Source: a virus (taxonomy: Duplodnaviria > Caudoviricetes). From it: DNA of 64,000 nucleotides. This document shows positions 1 to 9,786 of this stretch, in pieces. The stretch lies in IMG/VR virus record IMGVR_UViG_3300007280_000474; one strand, given 5' to 3'. Below the pieces are notes generated by a model. It ran no database searches. It saw only the letters and a program-made list of their open reading frames with translations, and had not been told where the DNA came from. The stretch's first letter is position 1. Every line of letters begins with the position of its first letter. The position numbers were made by a program, and so were the translations under genes.

Positions 1-1
1 G

Positions 2-220
2 ACGGTCACTCTAGGATACAGTGAACCCAGTGGCCAGGATGTTTTTGATAGCAGTACGACAAACACAGGAGATTTTATTTTCGATGAAATGGGTGTGTTT
101 ACAAACGCAACTGATTTTAACAATTCAGAAATGTTGACACATGTAATCTTTCACCCGGTACAAAAAAGCCAAAATAGGGTGATAGAAATAATTTATACAA
201 TTAGGGTTCAATTGAGTTAA
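2..220 (+). CDS. 3' end of a probable phage structural protein (partial)
   Basis: Frame 2 is open from the window edge to TAA 218-220 and ends ...MLTHVIFHPVQKSQNRVIEIIYTIRVQLS; it is followed by the GAGGA RBS of the fibre gene. Confidence 0.6.
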   Translation, partial: TVTLGYSEPSGQDVFDSSTTNTGDFIFDEMGVFTNATDFNNSEMLTHVIFHPVQKSQNRVIEIIYTIRVQLS

Positions 221-232
221 GAGGAATAATAA

Positions 233-2059
233 ATGGCGTATTCAGTAACAACAAACGACGGCGTTACAATAAGTGTAGCAGATGAGGCTAAAGATAGTAG
301 TTCTCTGTCGCTTACTGTTATTGGTAGAAACGCCACAAACTACGGTCAAAGTATTGTAACAAATACTGTCCGTCAGTTAGAAAACTTTGCAAGTAACGTA
401 CCGCCTTCACCAACATACAAGTTGACAGGTCAATTATGGTACAACAAAAGTGAAGATAATTTAAGAGTATATGATGGCACAGTATGGAATAGGGTATCTA
501 AAGTTCCTGTTTCTGCAAGTGATCTAAGCACAGACTTAGTAGCAGGTACTCAGTATTTTAATAGCACTGATGACAAACTTAAAGTTTATGACGGTGGAGT
601 ATTTAAAGATGCAGTAGTACCAGGTGGTACTGTAACAAGTGCATATTCAGGTAACGTAGCGGCATCAGGTAGTGCAAGTAATTACGGTGCTAAAGTAGAA
701 ACACTTTTCTTAGAAAGCACAGATCCAACTGCTAGTGTAATACCAGTAGTAGCAATTAAATATGTTAGTGACGGTGTAAGTTTACCAGGTGAATTAGCAG
801 ATGCGGCACATGATAGTGCAGGTGCAACTGTTATGGCAGTGTTCTCAGACAGAGCATTTACACTTGACGCAAATGATCCTCACTATGCAACACTAAGTGA
901 TTCAAGCAGTTTCGGAGCAACATTTACAAAAGGTATGAATCTACGTGCTGATTACAGCGACAGTAGTATTGCATTATCAGATAAATCAGAATGGGCAGAC
1001 AAGGCAAATGCAATTTATACAGGTTCAGTTATTGCTGCGGCAGACCTTATTCATGTAAATTCTACAAACTGGGTACCAGGTGGTACTGTTAGTGGTAATT
1101 ACACATTAGGTACAAGCACAAATAGATTTGGTGATTTACATGTTGACCAAGCACAAATTGGTAATCCTTCAACTCCTCAAACAGTAGGTATTATCGGACA
1201 AGTTAATATTGGTAATGTAACAAACGAAGTTAACGAAATTTTCGTACATGACTTACACGTCTCAGGTGACTTAGACTTTGCAGCAGTCAATACATTAACA
1301 AACTTAGAAAGTGCTGATATTGATGATGTAACATTAACATCAGGTACTATATCAACATCACCTAGTGGTGCAAACGATATAGCAAACAAAAATTACGTTG
1401 ATACTAAGGCGGCGGCTGCAACAGCGGCAACAGTAACATTAGTACCAACAAATACAACTAACAGTACACATTACTTAACCTTTGTAGACACTGCAAGTGG
1501 TAATGAGCAAGTAAGAACAGATACAGGCATACAATACAATCCATCTACTAACACATTGACAACTTCAGTGTTTAGTGGTACTACTGGATCAGTTAGTGGC
1601 ACTTGGACAGCAGGAACATTAAGCGACGGTACAGCAAGTATTGCAAGCGGTGTGTTCAGTGGTGTCGCAGTAAGTGCTAGATATGCTGACTTGGCTGAGA
1701 AATATGAAGCAGACGCAGAGTATGAGCCAGGCACAGTAGTTAAAATTGGTGGTGAAAAAGAAATAACAATGACAACAAGTCATGCAGACACAGAAGTGTT
1801 TGGTGTTATCTCAACTGATCCAGCATACATTATGAACAATGACATTGACGGATTACCAGTAGCATTACAGGGACGAGTTCCTGTTAAAGTAATTGGCAAA
1901 GTCCGCAAAGGTGAGAGATTAACAACAAGTGATGTGCCAGGTGTTGCATGGGGTGTAGCAGACGAAGAAGTTCCACTACAAGCAATTATAGGTAGAGCAC
2001 TAGAAAACAAAGATGACGGCGACCAAGGTGTTGTCGAAGCAGTAATTGGCGTAAAATAA
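233..2059 (+). CDS. Tail fibre / baseplate-associated fibre with C-terminal intramolecular-chaperone (peptidase G2-like) domain
   Basis: N-terminal LENFAS...GQLWY..LRVYDG fibre-type motif; S/T/G-rich body; C-terminal ARYADLAEKY...PGTVV...VALQGRVPVKV. Confidence 0.75.
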   Translation: MAYSVTTNDGVTISVADEAKDSSSLSLTVIGRNATNYGQSIVTNTVRQLENFASNVPPSPTYKLTGQLWYNKSEDNLRVYDGTVWNRVSKVPVSASDLSTDLVAGTQYFNSTDDKLKVYDGGVFKDAVVPGGTVTSAYSGNVAASGSASNYGAKVETLFLESTDPTASVIPVVAIKYVSDGVSLPGELADAAHDSAGATVMAVFSDRAFTLDANDPHYATLSDSSSFGATFTKGMNLRADYSDSSIALSDKSEWADKANAIYTGSVIAAADLIHVNSTNWVPGGTVSGNYTLGTSTNRFGDLHVDQAQIGNPSTPQTVGIIGQVNIGNVTNEVNEIFVHDLHVSGDLDFAAVNTLTNLESADIDDVTLTSGTISTSPSGANDIANKNYVDTKAAAATAATVTLVPTNTTNSTHYLTFVDTASGNEQVRTDTGIQYNPSTNTLTTSVFSGTTGSVSGTWTAGTLSDGTASIASGVFSGVAVSARYADLAEKYEADAEYEPGTVVKIGGEKEITMTTSHADTEVFGVISTDPAYIMNNDIDGLPVALQGRVPVKVIGKVRKGERLTTSDVPGVAWGVADEEVPLQAIIGRALENKDDGDQGVVEAVIGVK

Positions 2060-2072
2060 TTAGGAGATAATA

Positions 2073-3044
2073 ATGGCATCAGGATCATCAATTAGCATAA
2101 GCGGTGGCACAAATATGACGCAGGTTGTAGCAGGCACCGACTTAATCGACGCTGACGATTTTAATAATGCAAGACTTAATGTATACCGTTTGATGGGTGG
2201 GGCACAGGATGTTACTTTAGGTACATACACTGCTTCTTCAACTTATGGTTGGAACCAGGGTGGTGCTGGTGTAAATGCAGCAACCGCAGGGAATACAGTA
2301 CAAGACACTGGAGCAGGCGGCTTCAAGGATTTGCAGGACGACGTACAGGCTATGTGTGCGTTTTTAGGCGTAAGTGTTAGAACAGGTGTTGGATCAGACG
2401 TTTCAACATCAGATACAATTTTAGCAAGTACTTGGAACAACTTAATGTTGAACATTCAAGATTGTTGGAACGATAGATTTGGACCAGCAAGTAGAACAGC
2501 GGCAACAGACGGTAGCACAACAAGAACAGCAGCATGGACTAACACATTGACTCAAGAAACTTCATTTGCATTTAACAATGAAGCACAATGTAGAGCATAC
2601 TTTAACGGTGGTGGCGCAGTAGGCGTTAGTGCAAGTAGAAGTAGTGGTAGTTCGCATACGCAGAACACTCAATGGACTAACAAGTTAAGTGCAGTAAGTG
2701 ACGTATTCTTATATTACAACACAACATCAGCAAGTGCTGGTACAAGTTCAGGTATTGGATTTTATGAATTAACTACAAGTTATCAACAAATTTTGATTTA
2801 CTATGGCGGAAGTTCACCATATACATCAGACTATATCAAAGTTGAAGCTCGTGTAAACAGCACAACTAATCCAACTACGGTTTATGTTAAAACAACATTA
2901 GTTGACGCAGGCGATAACGTGCTTGACCAAAATGTTGATGGTACACTGCAAATAAATGCAAGAAAATTAACACCTAACGCAAACGGTTCAGGTTTTAGTT
3001 TTAGTGCTCCAAGTGCTACTCAAGGAAGCATTGTAGGAAGTTAA
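2073..3044 (+). CDS. Virion structural protein (tail-associated), S/T/G-rich
   Basis: AGGAG RBS, co-directional with the fibre gene, beta-rich composition, followed by a terminator. Confidence 0.55.
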   Translation: MASGSSISISGGTNMTQVVAGTDLIDADDFNNARLNVYRLMGGAQDVTLGTYTASSTYGWNQGGAGVNAATAGNTVQDTGAGGFKDLQDDVQAMCAFLGVSVRTGVGSDVSTSDTILASTWNNLMLNIQDCWNDRFGPASRTAATDGSTTRTAAWTNTLTQETSFAFNNEAQCRAYFNGGGAVGVSASRSSGSSHTQNTQWTNKLSAVSDVFLYYNTTSASAGTSSGIGFYELTTSYQQILIYYGGSSPYTSDYIKVEARVNSTTNPTTVYVKTTLVDAGDNVLDQNVDGTLQINARKLTPNANGSGFSFSAPSATQGSIVGS

Positions 3045-3064
3045 TAATTAACTAACTTTAAAAG

Positions 3065-3095
3065 AGCCAGTAATTTGTGTTACTGGCTTTTTTTT
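3065..3095 (+). terminator. Rho-independent terminator
   Basis: AGCCAGTAA-tttgtg-TTACTGGCT 9-bp stem followed by a T-run. Confidence 0.85.
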
Positions 3096-3099
3096 GGCT

Positions 3100-3105
3100 T
3101 AAATA
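3100..3105 (+). promoter_or_regulatory. T4-like late promoter core TAAATA
   Basis: TAAATA 5 nt upstream of ATG 3111, just after a terminator. Confidence 0.55.
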
Positions 3106-3110
3106 AAGGT

Positions 3111-3470
3111 ATGAGTACACGACTAACTAAAGCCTTGGAGTTCGCAAACTACCGGGTTACATTAAACAATCAAACCGCTACCTTAAAAGCAAAGACAGAA
3201 AACCTGTTAAGTTACAGCATTAATGGTGGCACATTCCAAATAGACATGCCCTTGTTGACTTTCTGTAAGCAACTGCTTGATGACGAACATGAGGAAGTTG
3301 TTCTCTTAGATGTCTATAATAATCCTATCAAAGTAGAAGTAGCAGAGTTTTATAAGGAAATAAAAACTAGATACTTTGAAGTGACAAACGATTATTATGC
3401 TGAATACGAGAAATTGAGAAAGGCAAGAAAAGTACATAAGGTATTAGATCTCAATGAAAAAGGAGAATAG
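3111..3470 (+). CDS. Hypothetical phage protein (start moved to ATG 3111)
   Basis: The upstream TTG start lies inside the terminator; protein begins MSTRLTKALEFANY. Confidence 0.7.
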   Translation: MSTRLTKALEFANYRVTLNNQTATLKAKTENLLSYSINGGTFQIDMPLLTFCKQLLDDEHEEVVLLDVYNNPIKVEVAEFYKEIKTRYFEVTNDYYAEYEKLRKARKVHKVLDLNEKGE

Positions 3471-4353
3471 TCGCGGCATATTAATGTTCGCACACAACAA
3501 CGATGAAATAGATTATTTCAGATTGGCTGTTGTAAATGCTCTCCTCATTCAAAAACATTTAGGTATCAAAGATATAACTGTAGTAACAGACTCACACAGT
3601 CTCAGTTACGCACAAGAACAGTTAGGCGAAGATACAATTAACAAAGCAATCAACAATATTGTACTAAATGAAAAAGACAGAAACTTTAAACGTGCCAACA
3701 TTCGTATATACAAGGATACAAGTCATACAGCAAAAAATCTAAGTTTCTATAATGTGAACAGATGTGATGCTTATGATATATCGCCATACGATGAAACAAT
3801 ACTTATTGACGCAGATTACTTGATACTCAGCGATACACTTAATCAGTGTTGGGGTCATAACGAAGAGTTAATGATGAACTGGAAGTGGCAAGACGTAATG
3901 TTTGAAAGAAAGTTTGAAAGTTTAGACAGACTAAATGACCTAGGGGTAACCATGTATTGGGCAACCGTAGTTTATTTTAGAAAGACACCGTATGTAGAAA
4001 GTTTCTTCAACACTGTAAAGCATGTAAAAGACAACAGTCAATTTTACAGAGACTTGTACAAGTGGCAAGGAAAACTGTACAGAAACGATTACAGTTTTAG
4101 TGTAGCGGCTCATACTATGAGCGGATTTGTAGACAAAGGAATAGCACAACTGCCTACAACATTATATAAAACATTTGACACAGACGATGTACACAGTGCT
4201 ATAAGTGATGACACACTACTGTTGTTATTAGAAAAGCCTCGGAGCCCAGGAGACTTTATGTTAACAAAATGGAGTGGTGTAGATTTACATGTAATGAATA
4301 AATGGGCTATAAATAGAATTAGTAACGGATTATTGGAGCACATGAATGCCTAA
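3454..4353 (+). CDS. GT-A fold nucleotide-diphospho-sugar transferase (GT8-like)
   Basis: SPYDETILIDADY DxD motif; paralogue of 5366..6229. Confidence 0.7.
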   Translation: MKKENSRGILMFAHNNDEIDYFRLAVVNALLIQKHLGIKDITVVTDSHSLSYAQEQLGEDTINKAINNIVLNEKDRNFKRANIRIYKDTSHTAKNLSFYNVNRCDAYDISPYDETILIDADYLILSDTLNQCWGHNEELMMNWKWQDVMFERKFESLDRLNDLGVTMYWATVVYFRKTPYVESFFNTVKHVKDNSQFYRDLYKWQGKLYRNDYSFSVAAHTMSGFVDKGIAQLPTTLYKTFDTDDVHSAISDDTLLLLLEKPRSPGDFMLTKWSGVDLHVMNKWAINRISNGLLEHMNA

Positions 4354-4531
4354 AAGAAAACCACCTGAACTAGGTGATTATATACAACACAGTGAGCCTG
4401 CGTTTGATAGAGTAAACGAAGGCACAGTTGATCAACTACTTGCTATGCAGTTTGTATATGTAACACCTAAAGGTGATAGAAGGCATTGTATGTTTTCGGA
4501 GCAATGGAAAAAGATAGACAAACCCACTTAA
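4346..4531 (+). CDS. Small hypothetical protein
   Basis: GGAG RBS; overlaps the upstream stop. Confidence 0.55.
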   Translation: MPKRKPPELGDYIQHSEPAFDRVNEGTVDQLLAMQFVYVTPKGDRRHCMFSEQWKKIDKPT

Positions 4532-4647
4532 CATGCACAAGTTGTAAAAAGTACACAGGACCAGTACTACACTTTGCTCACATATATAACAAGACACTAT
4601 GCCCTAAGTGTGCAACAAAAAGGGTAGAGAAAGAATGGCGAAAGTAG
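4504..4647 (+). CDS. Small zinc-ribbon protein (47 aa; not in ORF track)
   Basis: MEKDRQTHLTCTSCKK...LCPKCATKRVEKEWRK with two CxxC motifs; tiles the gap between neighbours. Confidence 0.55.
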   Translation: MEKDRQTHLTCTSCKKYTGPVLHFAHIYNKTLCPKCATKRVEKEWRK

Positions 4648-4796
4648 AAAAAGAAAAATATGTAAGTATACAGGAACGTTGGAGGGAAGTCGATTGGGAT
4701 TTAATTCAACGTATGAGATTTATGAATGCTGATGCAGAAATAGATCCGGAGGATAGTTTCTCCAACGGTAAAAGAAAGTTTAAAGAGGATGAATAA
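4635..4796 (+). CDS. Small hypothetical protein
   Basis: ATG 4635, MAKVEKEKY...; tiles with neighbours. Confidence 0.5.
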   Translation: MAKVEKEKYVSIQERWREVDWDLIQRMRFMNADAEIDPEDSFSNGKRKFKEDE

Positions 4797-5127
4797 AGAT
4801 TTAGGACGTAAGATTTGTGCATTTTGGATATTTGTAATATTCTTTTGGATGTGGCCATATAGATTATTCACAGACAAAAACAACTGCTACTTTTGGACAT
4901 TAGAAAAACTAATAACCGAAGGAGGTAAAGTTAAATGGTATAAGAGTGCAATATGGTATGGATATCATTGCACATGGGTAAGTCCTCTAGGAGAGGAATG
5001 GGAATACACATTGCCCAAAATGAAAAAGACATCTCTGTGGAATGTTATGTGGTACAATGGCACAATTCGAAAGTTTACAAGAGGTAATAATTATTTTTTA
5101 AAGAAAAAGTTAGAGAGAAAAGAATGA
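4789..5127 (+). CDS. Hypothetical Trp-rich membrane-anchored protein
   Basis: N-terminal hydrophobic segment; overlapping start/stop. Confidence 0.55.
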   Translation: MNKDLGRKICAFWIFVIFFWMWPYRLFTDKNNCYFWTLEKLITEGGKVKWYKSAIWYGYHCTWVSPLGEEWEYTLPKMKKTSLWNVMWYNGTIRKFTRGNNYFLKKKLERKE

Positions 5128-5369
5128 AGTGGTGGGACAGATTTATAGAATGGAGTTGGCAAAAAGAAGCCGACAGGCAATTTGAAGAAGGACAACAACA
5201 AAAACAAGTTATCGATATGATGGCAGATGATGTTGATCCTAATGAAGTTACGATAGAGAATGCATACAAAACAAGATGGATATGGTATCATACAATATTA
5301 GCAATAGGAATATTTTTTACTAATATTATATTGATAGCCATACTAGTACTATTAGCGATTAAATTATGA
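5124..5369 (+). CDS. Small membrane protein
   Basis: C-terminal TM helix; ATGA overlaps at both ends. Confidence 0.6.
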   Translation: MKWWDRFIEWSWQKEADRQFEEGQQQKQVIDMMADDVDPNEVTIENAYKTRWIWYHTILAIGIFFTNIILIAILVLLAIKL

Positions 5370-6229
5370 GCAAAGGTTATATAGTTATAGCACAAAATAA
5401 TGGGTCTGTGAATTACTTAGAACAGGCTTATGCTCTAGCACTTAATTTAAAATTAACGCAAAGCAAAGTAAGCAATCTATCGGTGTGCGTAGATGCAAAG
5501 ACCAAAGAGTCAATAACCTCTAAGCATAAAAAAGTATTTGACCACATTATAGATATTCCATGGAACGACGATGCACAAGGCACATCATGGAAGATAAACA
5601 ATAAATGGAAGTATTACTATATGACACCTTATGATGAAACAGTAATACTAGACACAGACATGATCTTTCCAACAGACGTTAGCCATTGGTGGGATATGCT
5701 AGAAGAGCGTGATGTATGGGCAACAACCAATGTACTCACTTATAGAGGTGACGTTGTTAGCAGTGATTACTATAGAAAGTATTTTGTTAAGAACGATTTA
5801 CCCAACGTCTATACAGCATTCTTTTATTTCAAGAAAAGCGAATTAGCAACTGAGCTGTTTGCAATGATCGAAATCATATTCCAGCATTGGCAACGCATGT
5901 TCTATAAGTATATGCCGCAAGGAAAACCTGCATGGTTAAGCGGTGATGTAGCATACGCTCTTGCGATGCAACTGTTAAACATTGAACATGAATGTACAAA
6001 GCCATTAACAAAAAGTTTCCCAACATTTGTACACATGAAAAGTCATATACAAGATATTCCAGAAACTATGGTAAATGATAAGTGGACAGAATCATTGCCC
6101 ACTTACTATGATTCGTACAGCAATTTTAAAATAGGAAACTTCCAACAACTTATGCCGTTTCACTATGTAGAGAAAGATTGGATGAATGAAACTAAAGTAA
6201 AGCAAATGGAGAAGGACCTTGGTATCTGA
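5366..6229 (+). CDS. GT-A fold nucleotide-diphospho-sugar transferase (GT8-like)
   Basis: TPYDETVILDTDM DxD motif; paralogue of 3454..4353. Confidence 0.7.
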   Translation: MSKGYIVIAQNNGSVNYLEQAYALALNLKLTQSKVSNLSVCVDAKTKESITSKHKKVFDHIIDIPWNDDAQGTSWKINNKWKYYYMTPYDETVILDTDMIFPTDVSHWWDMLEERDVWATTNVLTYRGDVVSSDYYRKYFVKNDLPNVYTAFFYFKKSELATELFAMIEIIFQHWQRMFYKYMPQGKPAWLSGDVAYALAMQLLNIEHECTKPLTKSFPTFVHMKSHIQDIPETMVNDKWTESLPTYYDSYSNFKIGNFQQLMPFHYVEKDWMNETKVKQMEKDLGI

Positions 6230-6884
6230 AGCAGCATTAGCAAGAAAGCAACGGTTCTTAGATCTTAAAAAAGAACATGGCGGCACAGCAGAAGATGTTA
6301 CTAAGCATTTTAAAAATTTAGAATGGACTATCTGGTTTGAAGAAGATGGCACCATTGTGTCTATGAGCAAGGAAGATAACGAAGATTTAAACAACAAGTA
6401 TGAACATGCAACTTTTACCAAGGAGCAAGCATCGATACTTGAGGATAAAAACTGGAACTTGTATCGTATTTTAACAGACCCTAAGAACAAACATGTTCAT
6501 TATATACAAGTACGCCCTGTAGAAGTAGATAGAGTAGCAACAGAGGATTTCTTTCTATACCAGTTAGACAGTGAAAACAATAGGACTTATGATATAAAAT
6601 TGAGCATGAGTAAAACAGCATTAACAATTAGTGCTCATGCTAATTTAATCAAACAATACAGTGACATTGAGATAAGTAATGCTATAATAAAAGGCAGAAA
6701 GATATTGCCTTTTTATATTACAACAAAAAACGATCCTAGTTTTATGTTACATTATGTTAACCTATCACTAGAGCAATTACTAAATGATAAAAAAGTTGTA
6801 TTGGACATGCCCGAAGATTATAGAGGCGCAAGTGTGTTTACTATAAAACTATTTGACAATTACAAGTTTGAGGAGAAAAAATGA
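6219..6884 (+). CDS. Hypothetical protein, paralogue of 6881..7534
   Basis: Shared ALARK(Q/K)RFL N-terminus and KG(R/K)xI..F..T motif. Confidence 0.65.
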   Translation: MVSEAALARKQRFLDLKKEHGGTAEDVTKHFKNLEWTIWFEEDGTIVSMSKEDNEDLNNKYEHATFTKEQASILEDKNWNLYRILTDPKNKHVHYIQVRPVEVDRVATEDFFLYQLDSENNRTYDIKLSMSKTALTISAHANLIKQYSDIEISNAIIKGRKILPFYITTKNDPSFMLHYVNLSLEQLLNDKKVVLDMPEDYRGASVFTIKLFDNYKFEEKK

Positions 6885-7534
6885 GTGAAGAAATAAGTGC
6901 TCAAGCACTAGCTCGCAAGAAAAGATTTTTAGAAGAGAAAGGTGAGGCTGGCGGATTCGAACAACTAGTTGAAAAAGTAGATAACAGAGAATACTTTTTA
7001 TATTTTGACGAGCGTGGAGATATTCAGTCTTTGTGCAAGGAAAGACCAGACGAAGTAAACCCACTGTGGTTAACTTACAATTTTGATCAGCATGATTTAG
7101 CAATGCTTAAAGACAAAGATGTAAATCAGTTCTGGGTAGTAACAGACAGCAAAGGCAAAAGTAAAATACAACTAAGACCACAATCCACTGTGTATGCTGC
7201 AATGGATTCAGATAATCTTATAAAAGTTGATTTTGGCGAGGGTGATGCAAACTTAAAAGTAAGTATCAAAGAAGACTCAGCAACAATTAAACTCAGCGAC
7301 GAAACAAAAGCAAGTTATGAGGGTGTTTATGCAATACAAGCAACTGTAAAAGGCAAACGCATATTTAAAATCTTCCTAACAGATCCAGAAAATCAAAACA
7401 TCATATACGATACACTTACTGTAAGTATGGTAGAACTACTAACGGAAGAAGTAATCACAAAGGATATCATAGCAGATTTACGCCATTGTCACTTATACAC
7501 TGCGCCGTTGTTCGATAAATACTTGAGAGTATAA
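6881..7534 (+). CDS. Hypothetical protein, paralogue of 6219..6884
   Basis: Same shared motifs; GGAG RBS. Confidence 0.65.
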   Translation: MSEEISAQALARKKRFLEEKGEAGGFEQLVEKVDNREYFLYFDERGDIQSLCKERPDEVNPLWLTYNFDQHDLAMLKDKDVNQFWVVTDSKGKSKIQLRPQSTVYAAMDSDNLIKVDFGEGDANLKVSIKEDSATIKLSDETKASYEGVYAIQATVKGKRIFKIFLTDPENQNIIYDTLTVSMVELLTEEVITKDIIADLRHCHLYTAPLFDKYLRV

Positions 7535-7549
7535 ACAGGACAACACAAT

Positions 7550-8569
7550 ATGGCCAAGATAGATGTCACAGAGTTAGACATTTTTTACATTTCTTATGAT
7601 GAACCAAATTGCGAAGAGCATTGGGCTGATCTATTAAACAAAGTTCCATGGGCTAAACGTATACACGGCGTTAAAGGTTTTGATGCCGCACATAAAGCTG
7701 CCGCTAATCAATCTGAAACAGAACGTTTTATCACAGTAGATGGTGATAACATTGTTATGGACGACTTCTTTGAACAAACATTAGACGTACCTGACACAGA
7801 TTTAGACGGCAATAATATATCAGAAAGTATCTTTAGTTGGAATGCAAAGAACATTCTCAACGGCTTAGTATACGGCAACGGTGGACTAAAGTGTTGGCCT
7901 ACTGAATATACTAAAACAATTAACACACACGAAGCCGCAACAGACGGCGAAGGTATGGAGTTTTGTTGGAAACTTAACTACATACAATTAAACGACACGT
8001 TCTCAGAAGTACATCAAACTGCTTCACCTTTCCAAGCCTTTAGAGCAGGCTTTAGGGAAGGAGTTAAAATGAGTCTAGATCAAGGAAAATGGGTTGAACC
8101 TGATCTTTTTCTTGACAAAATATGGTATGGCAATTATAATAGACTACAAACGTGGTGCAACATTGGTACAGATGTTCCCAATGGTCTGTGGGCATTGTAT
8201 GGTGCTAGACTAGGTTGTGAGATGACTGTTTTAACAAAATGGGACACTAACTTAATATCAGACTATGATTGGTTTAAAAACTTCTTTAACAATGAAGTGG
8301 CTCCACGTTTCGACGGATTGAATGATATGACATGCTCGTACACCAAACTAGAATGGCAACAGGAATTGTTATACAAAGAAGTGTGCAGATTAGGGCATAA
8401 GCTCAATGAAGAGATTAACAGCATGATGCTGTTTAACCCTAATGAACAAATGTGCAAGTTCTTTAAGAAAACATACGTTAACCCAAGAAGGTGGGGTGCT
8501 ATGGTAAGAGAAAAGCAAATACAAGATTTGCTTGAAAAAGGTATGATGGAATTAACCGGTGGCAGATAG
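7550..8569 (+). CDS. Putative GT-A-like glycosyltransferase
   Basis: DIFYISYDEP...GFDAAHKAAA...ITVDGD...YGNGGLKCW...FRAGFREGVKM; homologous to the C-terminal domain of 35914..40401. Confidence 0.6.
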   Translation: MAKIDVTELDIFYISYDEPNCEEHWADLLNKVPWAKRIHGVKGFDAAHKAAANQSETERFITVDGDNIVMDDFFEQTLDVPDTDLDGNNISESIFSWNAKNILNGLVYGNGGLKCWPTEYTKTINTHEAATDGEGMEFCWKLNYIQLNDTFSEVHQTASPFQAFRAGFREGVKMSLDQGKWVEPDLFLDKIWYGNYNRLQTWCNIGTDVPNGLWALYGARLGCEMTVLTKWDTNLISDYDWFKNFFNNEVAPRFDGLNDMTCSYTKLEWQQELLYKEVCRLGHKLNEEINSMMLFNPNEQMCKFFKKTYVNPRRWGAMVREKQIQDLLEKGMMELTGGR

Positions 8570-8807
8570 TGCAAAAATTATAGAGGCACTTAAGAAAGGT
8601 ATAGTCACTATTGTGTTTGAAAAAATAGACACAAAAGAGATTAGAACTATGCCTTGCACACTGAACAACGAAATATCAGGACAAGGGATGGTTTTTAAAA
8701 ACTATCAAAGTACAGATACAATAGTTGCTTATGCCTTAGATAAAAAAGCATGGCGTGACGTGAGAGTAAACACAATAATAGAATGGTACGAAGGTGAGCC
8801 AAAGTAA
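8559..8807 (+). CDS. SH3/Sm-like beta-barrel (WYL_2/DUF2693-like) protein
   Basis: LKKGIVTIVFEK..EIRTMPCTL...LDKKAWR pattern. Confidence 0.6.
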   Translation: MADSAKIIEALKKGIVTIVFEKIDTKEIRTMPCTLNNEISGQGMVFKNYQSTDTIVAYALDKKAWRDVRVNTIIEWYEGEPK

Positions 8808-9609
8808 TTTAAAACTAGGAATAATCGGAGCCGGCTTTGTTGGCGGCAGTGTTATCAATGGTTTTGACAGGAACGTAGAACAGTTTGTGGTAGATACAAA
8901 ATTGTATCCAGAACGTACTATTGACCAGTTAATAGAATTTTCCCCCTCAATAATTTTTGTTTGTGTGCCTACACCAAAAATAGAAGATCACGGCGATGTC
9001 GACGTTAGCATAGTAAGACAAGTACTCAGTGATTTATACGACAGAAACTACAAAGGTGTTGTCGCAATAAAGAGTACTATTACACCTAAGCACTTAACTA
9101 GAATGAAAAAAGACTTTGGTGTAAAAATTGTTTACAATCCAGAGTTTCTCACAGAAGCAAATGCACACCAAGACTTTATTAATCCTCACATGCAAGTGTT
9201 AGGAGGCAAGTGGCGTGATTGTGATACTGTAGAAAAAGCATACAACAGACATAGCAGTGTCAAAGTTGTACCCACATACAAAGTAGACTTAATCACAGCA
9301 AGCATGATCAAGTACACTATTAATAGTTGGCTTGCTACCAAAGTATCATTCTTCAACGAACTGTATGAGTTGCATCAAGAAAGCGGTTCTCACACCAGTT
9401 GGGAGCAGTTCACAGAAATGCTAGGCACAGATCCTCGTATGGGTAAAACACACATGCAAGTACCAGGCCCAGATGGCAAATTTGGCTTCGGCGGACACTG
9501 CTTTCCCAAAGACACGGAAGCATTTTTATATTATGCTAAAAACAAAAAGGTAGAATTGAATCTACTCAAAAAAGCAGTTACTTCTAACAAAAGTAGACGC
9601 AAAGATTAA
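8794..9609 (+). CDS. UDP-glucose/GDP-mannose dehydrogenase family (short form)
   Basis: GAGFVG Rossmann motif, VCVPTP, KST, YNPEFL, GFGGHCFPKD catalytic Cys. Confidence 0.85.
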   Translation: MSQSNLKLGIIGAGFVGGSVINGFDRNVEQFVVDTKLYPERTIDQLIEFSPSIIFVCVPTPKIEDHGDVDVSIVRQVLSDLYDRNYKGVVAIKSTITPKHLTRMKKDFGVKIVYNPEFLTEANAHQDFINPHMQVLGGKWRDCDTVEKAYNRHSSVKVVPTYKVDLITASMIKYTINSWLATKVSFFNELYELHQESGSHTSWEQFTEMLGTDPRMGKTHMQVPGPDGKFGFGGHCFPKDTEAFLYYAKNKKVELNLLKKAVTSNKSRRKD

Positions 9610-9625
9610 TATAATCTTTACACGA

Positions 9626-9643
9626 TTGTAACATAACTTTAAC
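9626..9643 (+). promoter_or_regulatory. Pho-box-like direct repeat upstream of the TonB-dependent receptor
   Basis: TTGTAAC-ATAA-CTTTAAC, 7-4-7 arrangement with 11-bp period. Confidence 0.5.
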
Positions 9644-9662
9644 ATTACAGCAATCAGAATTT

Positions 9663-9670
9663 TATAAATA
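9663..9670 (+). promoter_or_regulatory. T4-type late promoter TATAAATA
   Basis: Exact T4 late consensus in the intergenic region; a second TAAATA at 9678-9683. Confidence 0.6.
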
Positions 9671-9786
9671 ACTGCTGTAAATAACCAATAGGTAAATTTA
9701 CACTAACAGAAAAATATAAAACACAATTAGACGGCAAACACCATTAGGGAAACTTGTCACTCTAAAACCTTTACGAGGAACATAGA

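Noticed and set aside
9690-9786. Cobalamin or c-di-GMP riboswitch in the TBDR leader (GGCAAAC, AGGGAA words)
   Set aside because: Leader is short and A-rich, and the remaining conserved cores and stems are not visible
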